DNA from: an uncultured Aliarcobacter sp.
Lineage (GTDB): Bacteria; Campylobacterota; Campylobacteria; Campylobacterales; Arcobacteraceae
Assembly (NCBI GenBank): GCA_963664305.2
Contig: CAXXLV010000002.1
Location: 608,001 to 672,000, forward strand
DNA: 64,000 bases
Direction of reading: 5' to 3'
In this document: positions 39,080 to 50,436 of the stretch, in pieces
Layout of the letters: each line of letters starts with the position of its first letter
How positions within the stretch are numbered: position 1 is the first letter of the stretch
Notes under the pieces: generated by a model
Databases searched by the model: none
The model's input: the letters and a program-made list of their open reading frames with translations, nothing else
What the model was told of the DNA's origin: nothing
Position numbers and translations under genes: made by a program

Positions 39080-40143
39080 TGACAAGAACCTGAATTACAA
39101 CAAGAACTCTCTTTTTTTCTTTCAAGCCAAGGTTTAACCAAATAATAAGTCATTAAAGCAAGCATTATAAAACTTGAAATTTGAGATAACAAAGATGTTT
39201 GTTCACTTTCTAAACTAAAATTTATAATTTTTAAATCTGAAAAATATAAATCAAAAAGATATCCAAATAATAAAGATAAAACAGCAATCATACTTAAATA
39301 TATGATTAATGAAGTTTTTCCTAAAGTTTTATATACAATACTCATCGTTATTAAACTTGTTGCTGGACCAGCACTTAAAAGTATAAATGCAGCTCCTGGA
39401 CTCATACCTTCTATAATTAAAGCAGCAGCAATTGGAAGAGAAGCTGTTGCACAAATATATAAAGGCATAGAAAATAAAATTATTACAAAATATGTAAGTA
39501 TTTGATTTTCAAAAAGTAAACTTGTGTACTCTTTTGGAGCTAAAGTTGTAAATAATGTACCAAAAATAAGTCCAATAAAAAGTGGTTTTACCATATCTTT
39601 AAATAGAGTCACATATGCATAAGAGAAAACTTCTTTAATTGAAAAAGTTTTTTTAACTGGCTGTTGAGAACTACAAGAACAGTGACAAGAACAAGATGAA
39701 GTCTCTTCTTTTTTTATCTCTTTTTCTTCATCTTTGTCAAAAATATTTTGAATAATTCCTACAACAATTGCAATTATCATAGATGAAATAACTCTATAAA
39801 CTGTAAAAATAAGACCAAAAAAAGAGTAAGTTGCCAAAATAGAATCCACACCAGTTATTGGACTTGAAATCAAAAAACTTTGAACGGCACCTTTACTAGC
39901 ACCCTCTTTTCTAAGACTTTGTGCTAAAGGAATAACTGAACAAGAACAAACTGGAAGTGGTATTCCAAAAATTGTAGCTTTTATAACTGAACTTATATTT
40001 CCACTTCCTAGATGTTTTATTATAAAATCATCAGGAACTATTTGTTTTAAAAATCCTGCAATTAATAATCCAATAAGTATATAAATAGCCATTGCGTCAA
40101 GTAAAGCTAAAAAATTATTAGCTAAAGTTATTGCTAATTCCAT
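39076..40143 (-). CDS. Permease (ArsP / SO_0444-type Cu/Zn efflux family)
   Basis: PLPVCSCSVIP and PLYICATAS motifs; Cys/His-rich loop and tail. Confidence 0.85.
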   Translation of the reverse strand: MELAITLANNFLALLDAMAIYILIGLLIAGFLKQIVPDDFIIKHLGSGNISSVIKATIFGIPLPVCSCSVIPLAQSLRKEGASKGAVQSFLISSPITGVDSILATYSFFGLIFTVYRVISSMIIAIVVGIIQNIFDKDEEKEIKKEETSSCSCHCSCSSQQPVKKTFSIKEVFSYAYVTLFKDMVKPLFIGLIFGTLFTTLAPKEYTSLLFENQILTYFVIILFSMPLYICATASLPIAAALIIEGMSPGAAFILLSAGPATSLITMSIVYKTLGKTSLIIYLSMIAVLSLLFGYLFDLYFSDLKIINFSLESEQTSLLSQISSFIMLALMTYYLVKPWLERKKESSCCNSGSCH

Positions 40144-40146
40144 ATT

Positions 40147-41604
40147 TTATTCCTCTTGAGAATTTATCAATTTATTTGAAATTTGTTTTTTAGGTTTTAC
40201 ACCTAAATCTATAAACTCTTCTGCCCTTTTTATTAAGTTTGCATTTCCTAAAGTAAGTTTATTCATAGCACTATCGTAAGCTTTTTGAGTTCTATTTATA
40301 TTTACTCCAATATCTTCAATATCAGCTACAAATGAAGCAAATTTATCATATAAGTCTGCTGCTTTTTTAGAAATCAATAAAGCATTTTCATTTTGATGTT
40401 CATTTCTCCAAATATTTTCTATTGTTCTTAAAGTAACGTATAAAGTTGAAGGAGAAACTAACATAATATTATTTTCAAAAGCTAATTTAAATAGATTATC
40501 ATCAGTTGAAGTTGCAAGAATAAAAGCACCTTCAACTGGAATAAACATCAATACAAAATCTAAAGTTCTAACACCATCTAATTCTTCATATTTTTTAGAG
40601 CTAAGTGCTTTAATATGAGATGTGATTGATTTTACTAACTCTTTTGAAGCTGTTGCTTTATGTTCTTCATTTTCAGTTTTACAATAATTTATATAAGCAT
40701 TTAAAGAAACTTTTGAATCAATAACAATATCTTTTTTTGAAGGTAAATGAACAATAACATCAGGTCTTAATCTTTTTCCATCATTGTCGTTGAATGAGCC
40801 TTGAATTGTATATTCATTTCCTTCTCTAAGTCCAGTTTGGTCTAAAATAGATGATAAAATCATCTCTCCCCAATCACCTTGAGTCTTATTTTGTCCTTTT
40901 AAAGCTTTTGTTAAATTAACTGCATCAGTTGAAATTTGATTATTTAAATCTTTTAGATTTTTTATCTCTGTTAAAAGTGAAATTCTTTGTTTTGTCTCTT
41001 CATTATGAATTTCATTTACTCTTTTTCCAAAAGAGTCTAATTGGTCTTTAAATGAAGTTAAAACTTGTGTTAAATTTAGGTTTGACTTTTTCTGATTTTC
41101 ATCAAATAGTTTATTTGCAAGATTTTCAAACTCTATTTTTAATTGTTTTTTTGATTCTTCTAAAAGAGTTATTTTTTCATTAAAATTTTCCTCTTTTATT
41201 TCGAATTCTCTAAGAAGTTGTTTCTCTTTTGCTTCAGCCATTTTAGCAAGACTTGAAAGTTTAAATTCATAAGTTTCAACTGTATTTGAATTCATTTGAG
41301 AAGCATGTTTTTCTAATATCTTTAATTTATCTTCAAAACTCTCTTTTATAAGTTTTTTTTCTTCTTCAAGTCTTCTATTTGCATTGTTTAGATTAGTTAT
41401 TTGATTTTCATAAGAGCTATGATTTAATTCTATCTTTTCATTTAAAGCTTTTAATTTAAGTAGTGCTTCGTCTTGTAAAGCTTTTAGTTGATTTTCATAT
41501 TTTTGTCTAGAAAATTGCAATATTATCAATATTCCAGATAATATCGCAATAGAAGTAACTATTAAAGTTAAATAGTTTACTTCAATAATTCCTTGAGTTA
41601 ACAT
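40147..41604 (-). CDS. rmuC: DNA recombination protein RmuC
   Basis: QGDWGE, RPDVIV, IDSK and DFVLMFIP motifs. Confidence 0.95.
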   Translation of the reverse strand: MLTQGIIEVNYLTLIVTSIAILSGILIILQFSRQKYENQLKALQDEALLKLKALNEKIELNHSSYENQITNLNNANRRLEEEKKLIKESFEDKLKILEKHASQMNSNTVETYEFKLSSLAKMAEAKEKQLLREFEIKEENFNEKITLLEESKKQLKIEFENLANKLFDENQKKSNLNLTQVLTSFKDQLDSFGKRVNEIHNEETKQRISLLTEIKNLKDLNNQISTDAVNLTKALKGQNKTQGDWGEMILSSILDQTGLREGNEYTIQGSFNDNDGKRLRPDVIVHLPSKKDIVIDSKVSLNAYINYCKTENEEHKATASKELVKSITSHIKALSSKKYEELDGVRTLDFVLMFIPVEGAFILATSTDDNLFKLAFENNIMLVSPSTLYVTLRTIENIWRNEHQNENALLISKKAADLYDKFASFVADIEDIGVNINRTQKAYDSAMNKLTLGNANLIKRAEEFIDLGVKPKKQISNKLINSQEE

Positions 41605-42831
41605 CTATTTATTCTCACTAAATTTTAAACTTTTAACATCGTACCCCAACTCTTTAAATCTTTCAACTAAAGGTGGATGAGAATAATAAAAGAAAATATA
41701 CAATGGATGTGATAAAGGAAATGATTTATTTTCATTTGCAAGTTTTAATAAAGCATTAACTAAATCTTCTTTAGATTGTAAATTTGAACCAAAACTATCT
41801 GCTGCATATTCATTGTGTCTTGAAATAAAAGATATTAAAGGCATCAAGAAAAATGACAATATTGGAGAAAAAATCAAAAATACAACTATAATAGCATATG
41901 GTTCATTTTGTAAATTTAATCCTAAAAATAGTTCATCTGGCAAATTCCCAAAAATTGTAAAAAACACAAACATCACAACACCCATAATTGCAATATTTTT
42001 TATAATATCTCCATTTTTAAAGTGTCCTAATTCATGTCCTAAAACAGCTAAAAGTTCATTATGTGATAATTTTTCAACTAAAGTATCAAATAAAACTACC
42101 CTTTTAGTACTTCCAAGTCCTCCAAAATAAGCATTTAATCTATTATCTCTTTTACTTGCATCTACAGAAAAAACTCCACTACTTTTAAACCCTACTTCAT
42201 CTAAAAGATTTTCTATTTTTTCTTCTAATTCTTTATCTTTTAATTTTTCAAATTTATCAAACATCTTATCTCTAATTACTGGATAAAGCATATTTATCAA
42301 AATAATTACGGCAAAAATAAAAGCAAATCCCCAAATCCACCAAGAAGAAAAACTATTTATAATAAATGAAATTCCTGCAATTACAAGTGAACCAAAAACT
42401 AAAAATAAGATTCCAGTTTTTATTGTATCTTTTATAAATAAAGCTGGTGTCATATTTGAAAAACCATATTTTTTATTTAATTTAAAAGTCGAATAAAGTT
42501 CAAATGGTAAAGTTAAAAACCAATTTATAACAATAAATAAATCTACAAAAATCACTGCTTTTAACCAGTATGAATCAACTTGAATTAAAGAATCTAAATA
42601 AGATAATCCAAAACCAATCCATAAAATAAATAATACAAAATCATAAAAAGTTGAAACAATAGCAAGTTTTTCTTTTTCTATTGAATAGTTTGCGGCCTCT
42701 TCATATTTTGCTGAATCTAATATAATAGCTTGTAGTGTTTTTGCATTTTTAACAAATCCAATTTGCATAAAAGAAGTATAAATATTAAATGCAAAATAGA
42801 TACAAAAACCTATAACAAATATTTCTAACAC
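41605..42831 (-). CDS. M48 (Ste24-like) zinc metalloprotease
   Basis: NAYFGG, HELGH, EYAAD and YSHP motifs. Confidence 0.93.
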   Translation of the reverse strand: MLEIFVIGFCIYFAFNIYTSFMQIGFVKNAKTLQAIILDSAKYEEAANYSIEKEKLAIVSTFYDFVLFILWIGFGLSYLDSLIQVDSYWLKAVIFVDLFIVINWFLTLPFELYSTFKLNKKYGFSNMTPALFIKDTIKTGILFLVFGSLVIAGISFIINSFSSWWIWGFAFIFAVIILINMLYPVIRDKMFDKFEKLKDKELEEKIENLLDEVGFKSSGVFSVDASKRDNRLNAYFGGLGSTKRVVLFDTLVEKLSHNELLAVLGHELGHFKNGDIIKNIAIMGVVMFVFFTIFGNLPDELFLGLNLQNEPYAIIVVFLIFSPILSFFLMPLISFISRHNEYAADSFGSNLQSKEDLVNALLKLANENKSFPLSHPLYIFFYYSHPPLVERFKELGYDVKSLKFSENK

Positions 42832-42881
42832 TAAAAATCCTTTTTTAATACTTTTATTTTAATGATACAATTTTAATGCTT

Positions 42882-43355
42882 TTAGTTAAATATTTCTTTT
42901 ACTTCAACTAACTTAGCAATAACCTTTTTATCATCAGTTATATAAATCAAATCATAATTTTCTTCAAATGATTCTTTTGTCCAATTTGTACTTCCAATTA
43001 TGGCTTTTGAAGAATCAATTAAAGCAACTTTTAGATGCATTTTATTTTTATCTTTGTTGATTATGGTTTTTATTCCATTTTCTTTTAGTAAATCTAAAAC
43101 TTCATCATCTTTTTTTGTTTTTTTATCATCAAATAAAACAGTGATTTTTACACCATTTTTTGATGCTTTTATTAAATCTTTTGCAAAATCTTTATATGAA
43201 AAATTATACATAGCTATAAAAATCTCTGATTTTGCATTCAAAATAGTTGATCTTATCTCTTTTTGAGCTTTTTTTGAATCTTTTGGAAGTATATAAATCT
43301 CATTTGAATATAAATTTAAAACTAAAAATATAGATATAAATAAAACTTTTAACAT
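42882..43355 (-). CDS. Single-HKD phospholipase D / Nuc-like endonuclease, exported
   Basis: HLKVALID and GSTNW motifs; signal peptide. Confidence 0.88.
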   Translation of the reverse strand: MLKVLFISIFLVLNLYSNEIYILPKDSKKAQKEIRSTILNAKSEIFIAMYNFSYKDFAKDLIKASKNGVKITVLFDDKKTKKDDEVLDLLKENGIKTIINKDKNKMHLKVALIDSSKAIIGSTNWTKESFEENYDLIYITDDKKVIAKLVEVKEIFN

Positions 43356-43360
43356 ATAAT

Positions 43361-43723
43361 TTACTCAAATAAATCAAAAAATCCTAAAGGAATTTTTGAT
43401 GGTTTAAAATTTTTCAAAAAAGCCAATCTAAATGTAGCTTTAAATATAACTTCATCAGCTCTTGTAATTTCTTGATACATAACAATCGAAGCTGATTTTT
43501 TTTCTATTAATTTTGTAGATATTTCTAAAATATCACCAAAAATAGCTGGTTTTATCCAATCAGCTGTTGAACTTTTAACCACAAAAAATTCATCTTTATT
43601 ATGTGGAGATAAACCTTTACTGAAAAATAATTCACTTCTTGCACGTTCACAAAAATTAAAATAATTAGAGTGATAAACCACTCCTCCACAATCTGTATCT
43701 TCGTAATAAACACGAATTTTCAT
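43361..43723 (-). CDS. ybgC: YbgC/FadM acyl-CoA thioesterase
   Basis: RVYYEDTD.GGVVYHSNY motif. Confidence 0.9.
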   Translation of the reverse strand: MKIRVYYEDTDCGGVVYHSNYFNFCERARSELFFSKGLSPHNKDEFFVVKSSTADWIKPAIFGDILEISTKLIEKKSASIVMYQEITRADEVIFKATFRLAFLKNFKPSKIPLGFFDLFE

Positions 43724-43942
43724 TATAATTTATTTCCCTTATTTTTGTATTATTAAAACAATAAGCTCAAAATTAGCTATTTTGTTAATTTGATTGTACC
43801 TTTTATCAAATTGATTTGGACTTATAGGGGTCTAAATAACTATCACTTCTTTTAAATAATAAAAATAAATTTTAATTAATCAACATATTTGACCTACTAA
43901 AAGATAATAGATAATCATAAAATAAATAAAAAAGGATTTAGT

Positions 43943-44206
43943 ATGTTAAAAGAGCTTATTTATACAGGACTTGGTGGTGCACTTATCTTAAAAGAAAAAA
44001 TTGAAGCAGAAGTTCAAAAAATGCATGATGATGGAAAACTAGATTCTAAAGATATCAAAAGTTTTATTGAATCACTAGAACAAAAAGGAAAAGAAAGTGA
44101 TGAAAAGTTCAAAGAAGAATTAAAATCAACAATAAAAGAGATTTTAGATGAACTTGGTGTTGCTACAAAAGCTGATATTGAAAAATTAAAAGAGGACTTA
44201 AAATAA
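43943..44206 (+). CDS. Phasin-like small helical protein
   Basis: LIYTGLG N-terminus and LGVATKADI C-terminus. Confidence 0.75.
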   Translation: MLKELIYTGLGGALILKEKIEAEVQKMHDDGKLDSKDIKSFIESLEQKGKESDEKFKEELKSTIKEILDELGVATKADIEKLKEDLK

Positions 44207-45762
44207 AATCTTTTTTTAACCAACTAAAACTATACTCATTTAAAAGAGTATTTAAAGTCTTTTTATTTTTACTGACGGTTTATTTGGTAATTAAAAGAAA
44301 AGAGAATCTTTTCTGGTTTAAACCACTTAAACCAAAGCAATTAAAAGACACCATTACATATCTTGGAGCATCATTTATAAAACTTGCTCAAGTTTTAGCC
44401 ACACGTGCTGATTTTTTTTCGCAAGAATATTTAGATGAGTTAAGACAGCTTCATGATCAATTACCTAAAATGTCAAATAAAGATTTTAATGAAATTTTTA
44501 ATAAAGCATTTACAAAAGAAACTTTTAAAAGTTTTGATGAAAATCCAATAGCTTGTGCTTCAATAGGACAAGTTCATATTGCATATTTGCATGATGAAAC
44601 AAAAGTTGCTGTAAAACTAAGAAGAAAAGGTATAAAATCTCAAGTTAAAGCAGATATTAAAATTATAAATTTATTTAACTTTGTATTTAAACCTCTATTT
44701 TCTCATTATACAAAAAACTCTATAGAAGCAGTTATTAGTGAATTTACGGTAATGATTATGCAAGAAGTAAGCCTAAATCAAGAGTTAGCAAACCTTCAAA
44801 AGTTCTCAAAAGTTTATGAAAATGAAAATATTAGATTTCCTAAACCCTACCCTAAATTGTGTTGTGATGATGCAATAGTTATGAGTTTTGAAGAAGGCTT
44901 TAGATTTGATGATAAGAAAAATATTTTTGAACATAAAATTGATTTTAAACAAATCATCTCAACTTTAGTAAACTTTTATACAACTCAAATGTTAATTAAA
45001 GGTTATTTTCACGCAGACCCTCATCCTGGGAATATACTTATTTCAAAAAATGGTGAAATTATCTTTTTAGATTTTGGTATGGTAAAAAGTGTACCAAATG
45101 ATATAAGAATTGCAATAATTGAACTGATTAAAGCAGCAAATGAAAGAGATTATGAGTTATATATAAGTGCTTCAAAAAGACTTGGTACTATTGCTTATGA
45201 GGCTCCAACTAGTGAATTAGCTGAATTTACAGAAAAAATGTTTGAAATATTTTCAAATGATAATCTAAATAGTGAATCAATGCAACAACTAGCTTTTGAA
45301 GTGTTAGAAAGCACTAGAAAAATGCCATTTAAACTTCCAAGTGATGCAATTTATATTTTAAGAGTTAGTGCAATTATTGAAGGACTTGGAACAACATATA
45401 TTGAAAACTTCAATGGTGTAAAAGATATATTACCAATATTAAAAAACAATCTTACTAAGGCTTTAGGAGCAAAAGATAGTATTATTGAAACAATAATTGA
45501 TGAGATAAAAGATATTCCTTTTATTGTTAAAGATTTAAAATCTGTTATAAAACAAGCAAATAAAGGGGAACTTAAAATTGAAATTTCTAATAACCAATTA
45601 GAGTGGATAGCAAAAGAAATTAAAGATTTTATTCGACCTATTATTTTATCATTAGGTCTAATTTTTATATCAATCTTTATACTTTTATATGATAAAAATC
45701 AAAAAGAGATTTCATTGATTATTTTTATAATTGCTATTATTAGATTGATTTATAGGAAGTAA
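44203..45762 (+). CDS. ABC1/UbiB/AarF atypical kinase (start probably ATA 44203)
   Basis: LGASFIKLAQ, ASIGQVH, VAVK, HADPHPGN and DFG motifs. Confidence 0.92.
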   Translation: MKSFFNQLKLYSFKRVFKVFLFLLTVYLVIKRKENLFWFKPLKPKQLKDTITYLGASFIKLAQVLATRADFFSQEYLDELRQLHDQLPKMSNKDFNEIFNKAFTKETFKSFDENPIACASIGQVHIAYLHDETKVAVKLRRKGIKSQVKADIKIINLFNFVFKPLFSHYTKNSIEAVISEFTVMIMQEVSLNQELANLQKFSKVYENENIRFPKPYPKLCCDDAIVMSFEEGFRFDDKKNIFEHKIDFKQIISTLVNFYTTQMLIKGYFHADPHPGNILISKNGEIIFLDFGMVKSVPNDIRIAIIELIKAANERDYELYISASKRLGTIAYEAPTSELAEFTEKMFEIFSNDNLNSESMQQLAFEVLESTRKMPFKLPSDAIYILRVSAIIEGLGTTYIENFNGVKDILPILKNNLTKALGAKDSIIETIIDEIKDIPFIVKDLKSVIKQANKGELKIEISNNQLEWIAKEIKDFIRPIILSLGLIFISIFILLYDKNQKEISLIIFIIAIIRLIYRK

Positions 45763-45842
45763 AAAAAGTTGTTTTTCCTTCATTCTTTAATTTAAAAGTT
45801 AAATATGTTAAAATCACTTTTTAAAATCGTATATATTTAAAG

Positions 45843-46241
45843 GTGTTTTTTGTGTCTATTTTTGCTTTACAATCGATAGCTGGTGGTTTTCTTGATGAAG
45901 ATTTAGTACATTTCAATAAAAAATTTGATGATTGGTGTATTCAATTTAAAAATTATGATGAAGCTATGAAGACAGTTAAAACTCTTGAAAATCCAGAGAT
46001 TATTGATATTGTTGAAATCACTCCATTGAGTTATCCAAAATATTTTTTTCATGATTTACAAGGCACAATTTACGTGACAAGACAAATAGAAGATAAAATT
46101 ATTTGTGTTGTAGAACCTGTTATGGGTGCTAGTTTTAGAATAGCAATTTGCGATCTTAAAACAAAAAATGTAAGATTAACAAAAACTCATTATAAAACCA
46201 TTCCTAGTGTTGAAGGTGCTTTTGCTAGTTTTAGTGATTAA
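45843..46241 (+). CDS. Hypothetical protein (start may be GTG 45852)
   Basis: 132-aa ORF with a downstream hairpin. Confidence 0.75.
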   Translation: MFFVSIFALQSIAGGFLDEDLVHFNKKFDDWCIQFKNYDEAMKTVKTLENPEIIDIVEITPLSYPKYFFHDLQGTIYVTRQIEDKIICVVEPVMGASFRIAICDLKTKNVRLTKTHYKTIPSVEGAFASFSD

Positions 46242-46251
46242 TTATATTTTT

Positions 46252-46278
46252 AAGAGTAAAGAAAATTTCTTTACTCTT
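46252..46278. terminator. Hairpin between convergent genes
   Basis: AAGAGTAAAG-loop-CTTTACTCTT inverted repeat. Confidence 0.6.
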
Positions 46279-48814
46279 TATCACAATTGATTTCTCTAAT
46301 TTTATTTAATAAATCAAAAACAATTTCTATATTATTTTCCATCTCTTTAGTAGTAGAGAATATTTCTTCATTTTCTGCTTTAGCAGCATATAAATAAACT
46401 GTTTCTTGTACTAATTCATGTACTTTTTTATGAGCAACTTTTAAATCATTCCATTCTTTTGTTTGTGCAAATTTTTTATCTTCATTTGCATCAATCCATT
46501 TACCTAAATTACACTCATGGTTTGTTTTAACTGTAAATTTAAATCCCTCTTTACATTGAGCAAAATTTACATTTTTAAAATTGATATGGTCAGATTTTAA
46601 TTTGTTTATATCAATAATTAAATTTGTATCACAAACTCTTTTGTGTGCATTTTTATCAAAACTTGTTTGATTGATTGTATTTTCGAGATGAGTTACTAAT
46701 TCAGATGTTTTTTTAGCCATATCATTTATAGTTGAAGCAAGAGCAGCATTTTGTTGAGTTGCTTGGTCAAGAGAATTAACTGTATCATTTATTTGAGCCA
46801 TAGCTTTTTGTTGTTCTTTAGATGCACTAGCAACATCATCAATTAGTTTTGTAGTTACAACAATATTTTCATTTAATTCATTGTATCCTTCAATCATTTT
46901 AGAAGTGATATCTTTTCCTTCTTTTGCTTTAATTGTTGCATTTGAAACTATTGTTTTTATTTCATTTGCTGCATCTGCTGAACGAGAAGCTAGATTTCTA
47001 ACTTCTGCAGCAACAACGGCAAATCCTTTTCCAGCTTCTCCAGCAGTTGCTGCTTCAACAGCTGCATTTAGACTTAGAATATTTGTTTGGAATGCTATTT
47101 GATCGATTACAGAAATAGCTTCATTGATTGCTTGAACTTGATTATTTATCTCATCCATTGAAATTGCTGTTTTATGTGCTAAATCTTTTCCAGTATCACT
47201 TGATTTAATTACATTTTTAGCATATAAAGCCATTTGAATAGCATTTTCACTACTTCTTGTAACTGTTGCTGAGATTTCTTCAATAGCAGCAGCTGTTTCT
47301 TCTAAAGATGCTGCTTGTGTATTTGATGAATCACTTAATTTTTTAGAAGCATTTGCAAGTTGTGTTGAACTTGAAGATAATTCATTATTTGATTTTTCAA
47401 TTAAACACATAATTTCATTAATTGAAGATTGAGTAACTTTTGTACCACTTAATAAAGAAGCGATAATTCCAGTTAAATTATCTATGTGTGGAATTTGATA
47501 GTCATATTTTGCAGTTGATAAAGCAACAAGAGATTCACTTAAGATTGTAAGATTTTTTTGCATTCTTTCTATCATATTGTTAATTTCATTAACTAAAGAA
47601 TCAACTCCTGCTGAGTTTGCTTTTCCTTTAATTCTATCATTTAATAATCCAGCATTAACTTTTTCAATAATTGTTCTTGATTCTTCTATTACAATTTGAT
47701 CTTGTATTAAACCTTTTTCAATTGAATCTAAATAATTGTTAAAGCTATTTACAACATCACCTATTTCATCATTTGATTTTACTTCAATTCTAGTTCTTTC
47801 AGTTGAATTATTTGAAATAATTTCAATTGAATTTTTAAGATTAAGAATAGGAAGTAATATATTATTTCTCATATTAATCAATGAAATAACCATGATAATT
47901 AAAACTGCAACAATTAAAATAATTAATGCAACCCAAATAATATAAGAAGCATGATCTATTGCAATTTTTACAGAGTCAATTGGTTCAGCAATTAAAGCAA
48001 TTCCCAATTTTTTTCCTGCAAAATCTGTAATATCTACATAAGTATAAAAATATTTATCTGTTATTAAAAAGCTATCATTTAAAAGTTTAGTAAAGTTTAT
48101 TTTTTTAGCATCTTCTAAAAAATCTTTATTTATAAACTTTTGAGAGATAAGATATTTATCCAATTTATTTTCTGCTTTAACATCAGCTGTTGCTAAAGAT
48201 AAATCCATTAATAATAAAAAAGCTTTTTTCTCTTGGTCAAATGAACTTGCAACAGAATTAATTCCTTGCATAAACTCTAATGAACCAACATGATTTTTAT
48301 TTAAATCAAAAATAGGAACAACTGATCTAATACCAAGTCCTGCATTACCAATTTCAAAACCATTAATAGCTTTTTTGTCTGTATTAACTTTTACTACACT
48401 TGCTCTAAAAGAACTTAAATCATCACCAAATTTATCTGGTTGCCATGATCTTAAAAAAGAGTGATTATCTTTTGTATGTAAATGAATCTGAATATTTTGA
48501 AAAGGTGTTGATTCTTTCATACTTTTTGATAAATTAGCTAAAGTTTTGATTGCTAATTCTCTATCATTGTTAGCTAAAGCTTCTTTTATAGAAGAGTCAT
48601 TTGAAATAGAAATTGCATTTGAAATCCCTGCTTCTAATTTTCCTTCAATTTTTAAAACAGTTAAAGCATTTAATTCCATTTTAACATCATTATAAACTTC
48701 TTCTGTTAAATCATTTTTATATTTATTCAATATAAAATAACCTATAACTAAAACTAATAAAGTCACTATAACGTTTGTTAAAGTAAATTTTTTATTAATA
48801 CTCAAGTCTCTCAT
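46271..48814 (-). CDS. Methyl-accepting chemotaxis protein (Cache sensor, HAMP, C-terminal CZB zinc-binding domain)
   Basis: [14 protein letters not shown]...GFAVVA.EVR hairpin; CZB motif H..FK...C.LGKW...HKKVH. Confidence 0.95.
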   Translation of the reverse strand: MRDLSINKKFTLTNVIVTLLVLVIGYFILNKYKNDLTEEVYNDVKMELNALTVLKIEGKLEAGISNAISISNDSSIKEALANNDRELAIKTLANLSKSMKESTPFQNIQIHLHTKDNHSFLRSWQPDKFGDDLSSFRASVVKVNTDKKAINGFEIGNAGLGIRSVVPIFDLNKNHVGSLEFMQGINSVASSFDQEKKAFLLLMDLSLATADVKAENKLDKYLISQKFINKDFLEDAKKINFTKLLNDSFLITDKYFYTYVDITDFAGKKLGIALIAEPIDSVKIAIDHASYIIWVALIILIVAVLIIMVISLINMRNNILLPILNLKNSIEIISNNSTERTRIEVKSNDEIGDVVNSFNNYLDSIEKGLIQDQIVIEESRTIIEKVNAGLLNDRIKGKANSAGVDSLVNEINNMIERMQKNLTILSESLVALSTAKYDYQIPHIDNLTGIIASLLSGTKVTQSSINEIMCLIEKSNNELSSSSTQLANASKKLSDSSNTQAASLEETAAAIEEISATVTRSSENAIQMALYAKNVIKSSDTGKDLAHKTAISMDEINNQVQAINEAISVIDQIAFQTNILSLNAAVEAATAGEAGKGFAVVAAEVRNLASRSADAANEIKTIVSNATIKAKEGKDITSKMIEGYNELNENIVVTTKLIDDVASASKEQQKAMAQINDTVNSLDQATQQNAALASTINDMAKKTSELVTHLENTINQTSFDKNAHKRVCDTNLIIDINKLKSDHINFKNVNFAQCKEGFKFTVKTNHECNLGKWIDANEDKKFAQTKEWNDLKVAHKKVHELVQETVYLYAAKAENEEIFSTTKEMENNIEIVFDLLNKIREINCDKE

Positions 48815-49120
48815 CCATATCCTTTTTCAGAAATAACCTATATTTTAGTAAAAAATCAATTAAAGGTTATTAAATTATATAAATAAAACTTATTTGTAGA
48901 TTATAAGTTTGTTTATGTAACAACTATAAGAATATGAAATAGTAAAATTTACCAAGCATATAAAAGATATTTAAATGATTTCATTAAAACCACCAACGAT
49001 ATCGAATTAAAAATTCATCATCAATTTTCATTGCAAATTTTTTATCATCTTCTTTTGCATATCTAATCATAAATTGATTGAATTTTTCAGTAAAGTAAAA
49101 CATTCCTATCGAATATTTAT

Positions 49121-49315
49121 TTGAAGAAAAATCATTATTTTGATTCAACTACTTCACCTTTTGTAATTTGGGTGGATATAAATAAAGTAGATTTAAATGA
49201 AGGTGCTTCATCTAAAAAACTAGATTTGAAAAACTATCCTATGGAATATCACGGTGATGTATCAGACAAATTTGAAGATGCAAAGCCTTTTCAATGGCCA
49301 AATAATAAAGCCTAA
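49121..49315 (+). pseudogene. C-terminal remnant of a choloylglycine hydrolase / penicillin V acylase-type Ntn hydrolase
   Basis: YFDSTTSPFVIWVD..K.DL.EGA..KKLDL...GDVS..F..AKPF matches the family C-terminus; the catalytic N-terminal part is absent. Confidence 0.7.
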
Positions 49316-49330
49316 ATAATAGGCTTTATT
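49304..49330. terminator. Bidirectional terminator hairpin
   Basis: AATAAAGCCT-loop-AGGCTTTATT inverted repeat. Confidence 0.75.
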
Positions 49331-49350
49331 TAAAATATAACCAATTTATT

Positions 49351-50370
49351 TTAACCCATAGGGTATAAAATATCTTTTTGAATTACTTCAATTTTTTTAA
49401 GAAGTTCATCATCAATTTTAAAATTAAATGCTTTTAATGATTCATCTAATTGAGTTAAAACTCTAGCCCCAATAATAGTTGAAGCTACAAAATCAAAATG
49501 TTTAGAATATGCAACAGCTAGTGTTACAGGCGATATTCCATACTCTTTTGAAAGTTCTATGTATTTTGCAGTTGCTTGTAAAGTTTTATCATTTACAAAT
49601 CTTTTTGCCATAGCCTGAACTCTTACACTTTGGTTATTTGCATAAGCAGTAAATCTTGCATCTGCTGGATAAAATCCACCATTATATTTTCCACTTAAAA
49701 CCCCTCCTCCTATTGGAGAATATGGAAGAAGTGAAATATTTTCTTGTCTACAAACATTTGCTAATTCATCATGAAATCTTGGATTTAATAAAGAAAAATT
49801 GTTTTGAATTGATTCAAATCTAGCTAAGTTTTTATTTTTTGAAGTTTCATTTGCTTTTGTTAAACCATAAGCACTATCGTTTGAAGTTCCAATATATCTT
49901 ACCTTTCCTTCACGAACTAACTCATCAAAAGCTTTTAAACTCTCTTCAATAGGTACAATTGTATCTGGCCAATGCATCTGATAAAGGTCAATATAATCTG
50001 TGTCAAGTTTTTTCAAACTTCCTTCAACTGCTCTTTTTATATGAAAAGAATCAATTGCAGTTAAGCCATGTCTAATTGGTGGTACAAACCATCCAGAAGC
50101 AGCACCTGCAACCTTTGTTGCAAGAATTATCGAATCTCTTGGTTTTGTTTTTAACCACTCTCCAACTATTTGTTCAGTAATTCCGGCTGTATTTGCTTTT
50201 GGAGGAACAGGATAAATCTCTGCTGTATCAAAAAAATTAATTCCATTTTCATAAGCTTTATCCATTATTTTAAAAGCTTCTTCTTTTGTTGTACTTGAAC
50301 CAAATGTCATTGTTCCCATACAAATAGAAGAAACTCTAAGTCCACTTTTTCCTATATATCTAAATTCCAT
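49351..50370 (-). CDS. Aldo/keto reductase (Tas-like)
   Basis: MGTMTFG, DTAEIYP, DLYQMHWP and YSPIGGGVLSGKY motifs. Confidence 0.93.
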   Translation of the reverse strand: MEFRYIGKSGLRVSSICMGTMTFGSSTTKEEAFKIMDKAYENGINFFDTAEIYPVPPKANTAGITEQIVGEWLKTKPRDSIILATKVAGAASGWFVPPIRHGLTAIDSFHIKRAVEGSLKKLDTDYIDLYQMHWPDTIVPIEESLKAFDELVREGKVRYIGTSNDSAYGLTKANETSKNKNLARFESIQNNFSLLNPRFHDELANVCRQENISLLPYSPIGGGVLSGKYNGGFYPADARFTAYANNQSVRVQAMAKRFVNDKTLQATAKYIELSKEYGISPVTLAVAYSKHFDFVASTIIGARVLTQLDESLKAFNFKIDDELLKKIEVIQKDILYPMG

Positions 50371-50436
50371 AATAAATCCTTCAAATTTTTTAATAGGGAT
50401 TATTATAACACTTTAGACTTATATAAAATGAGTTTT

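Noticed and set aside
42882..43355. PLD nuclease with rmuC and M48 as a defence system
   Set aside because: It has a signal peptide and sits in a housekeeping neighbourhood with no helicase, methylase or other defence partners.
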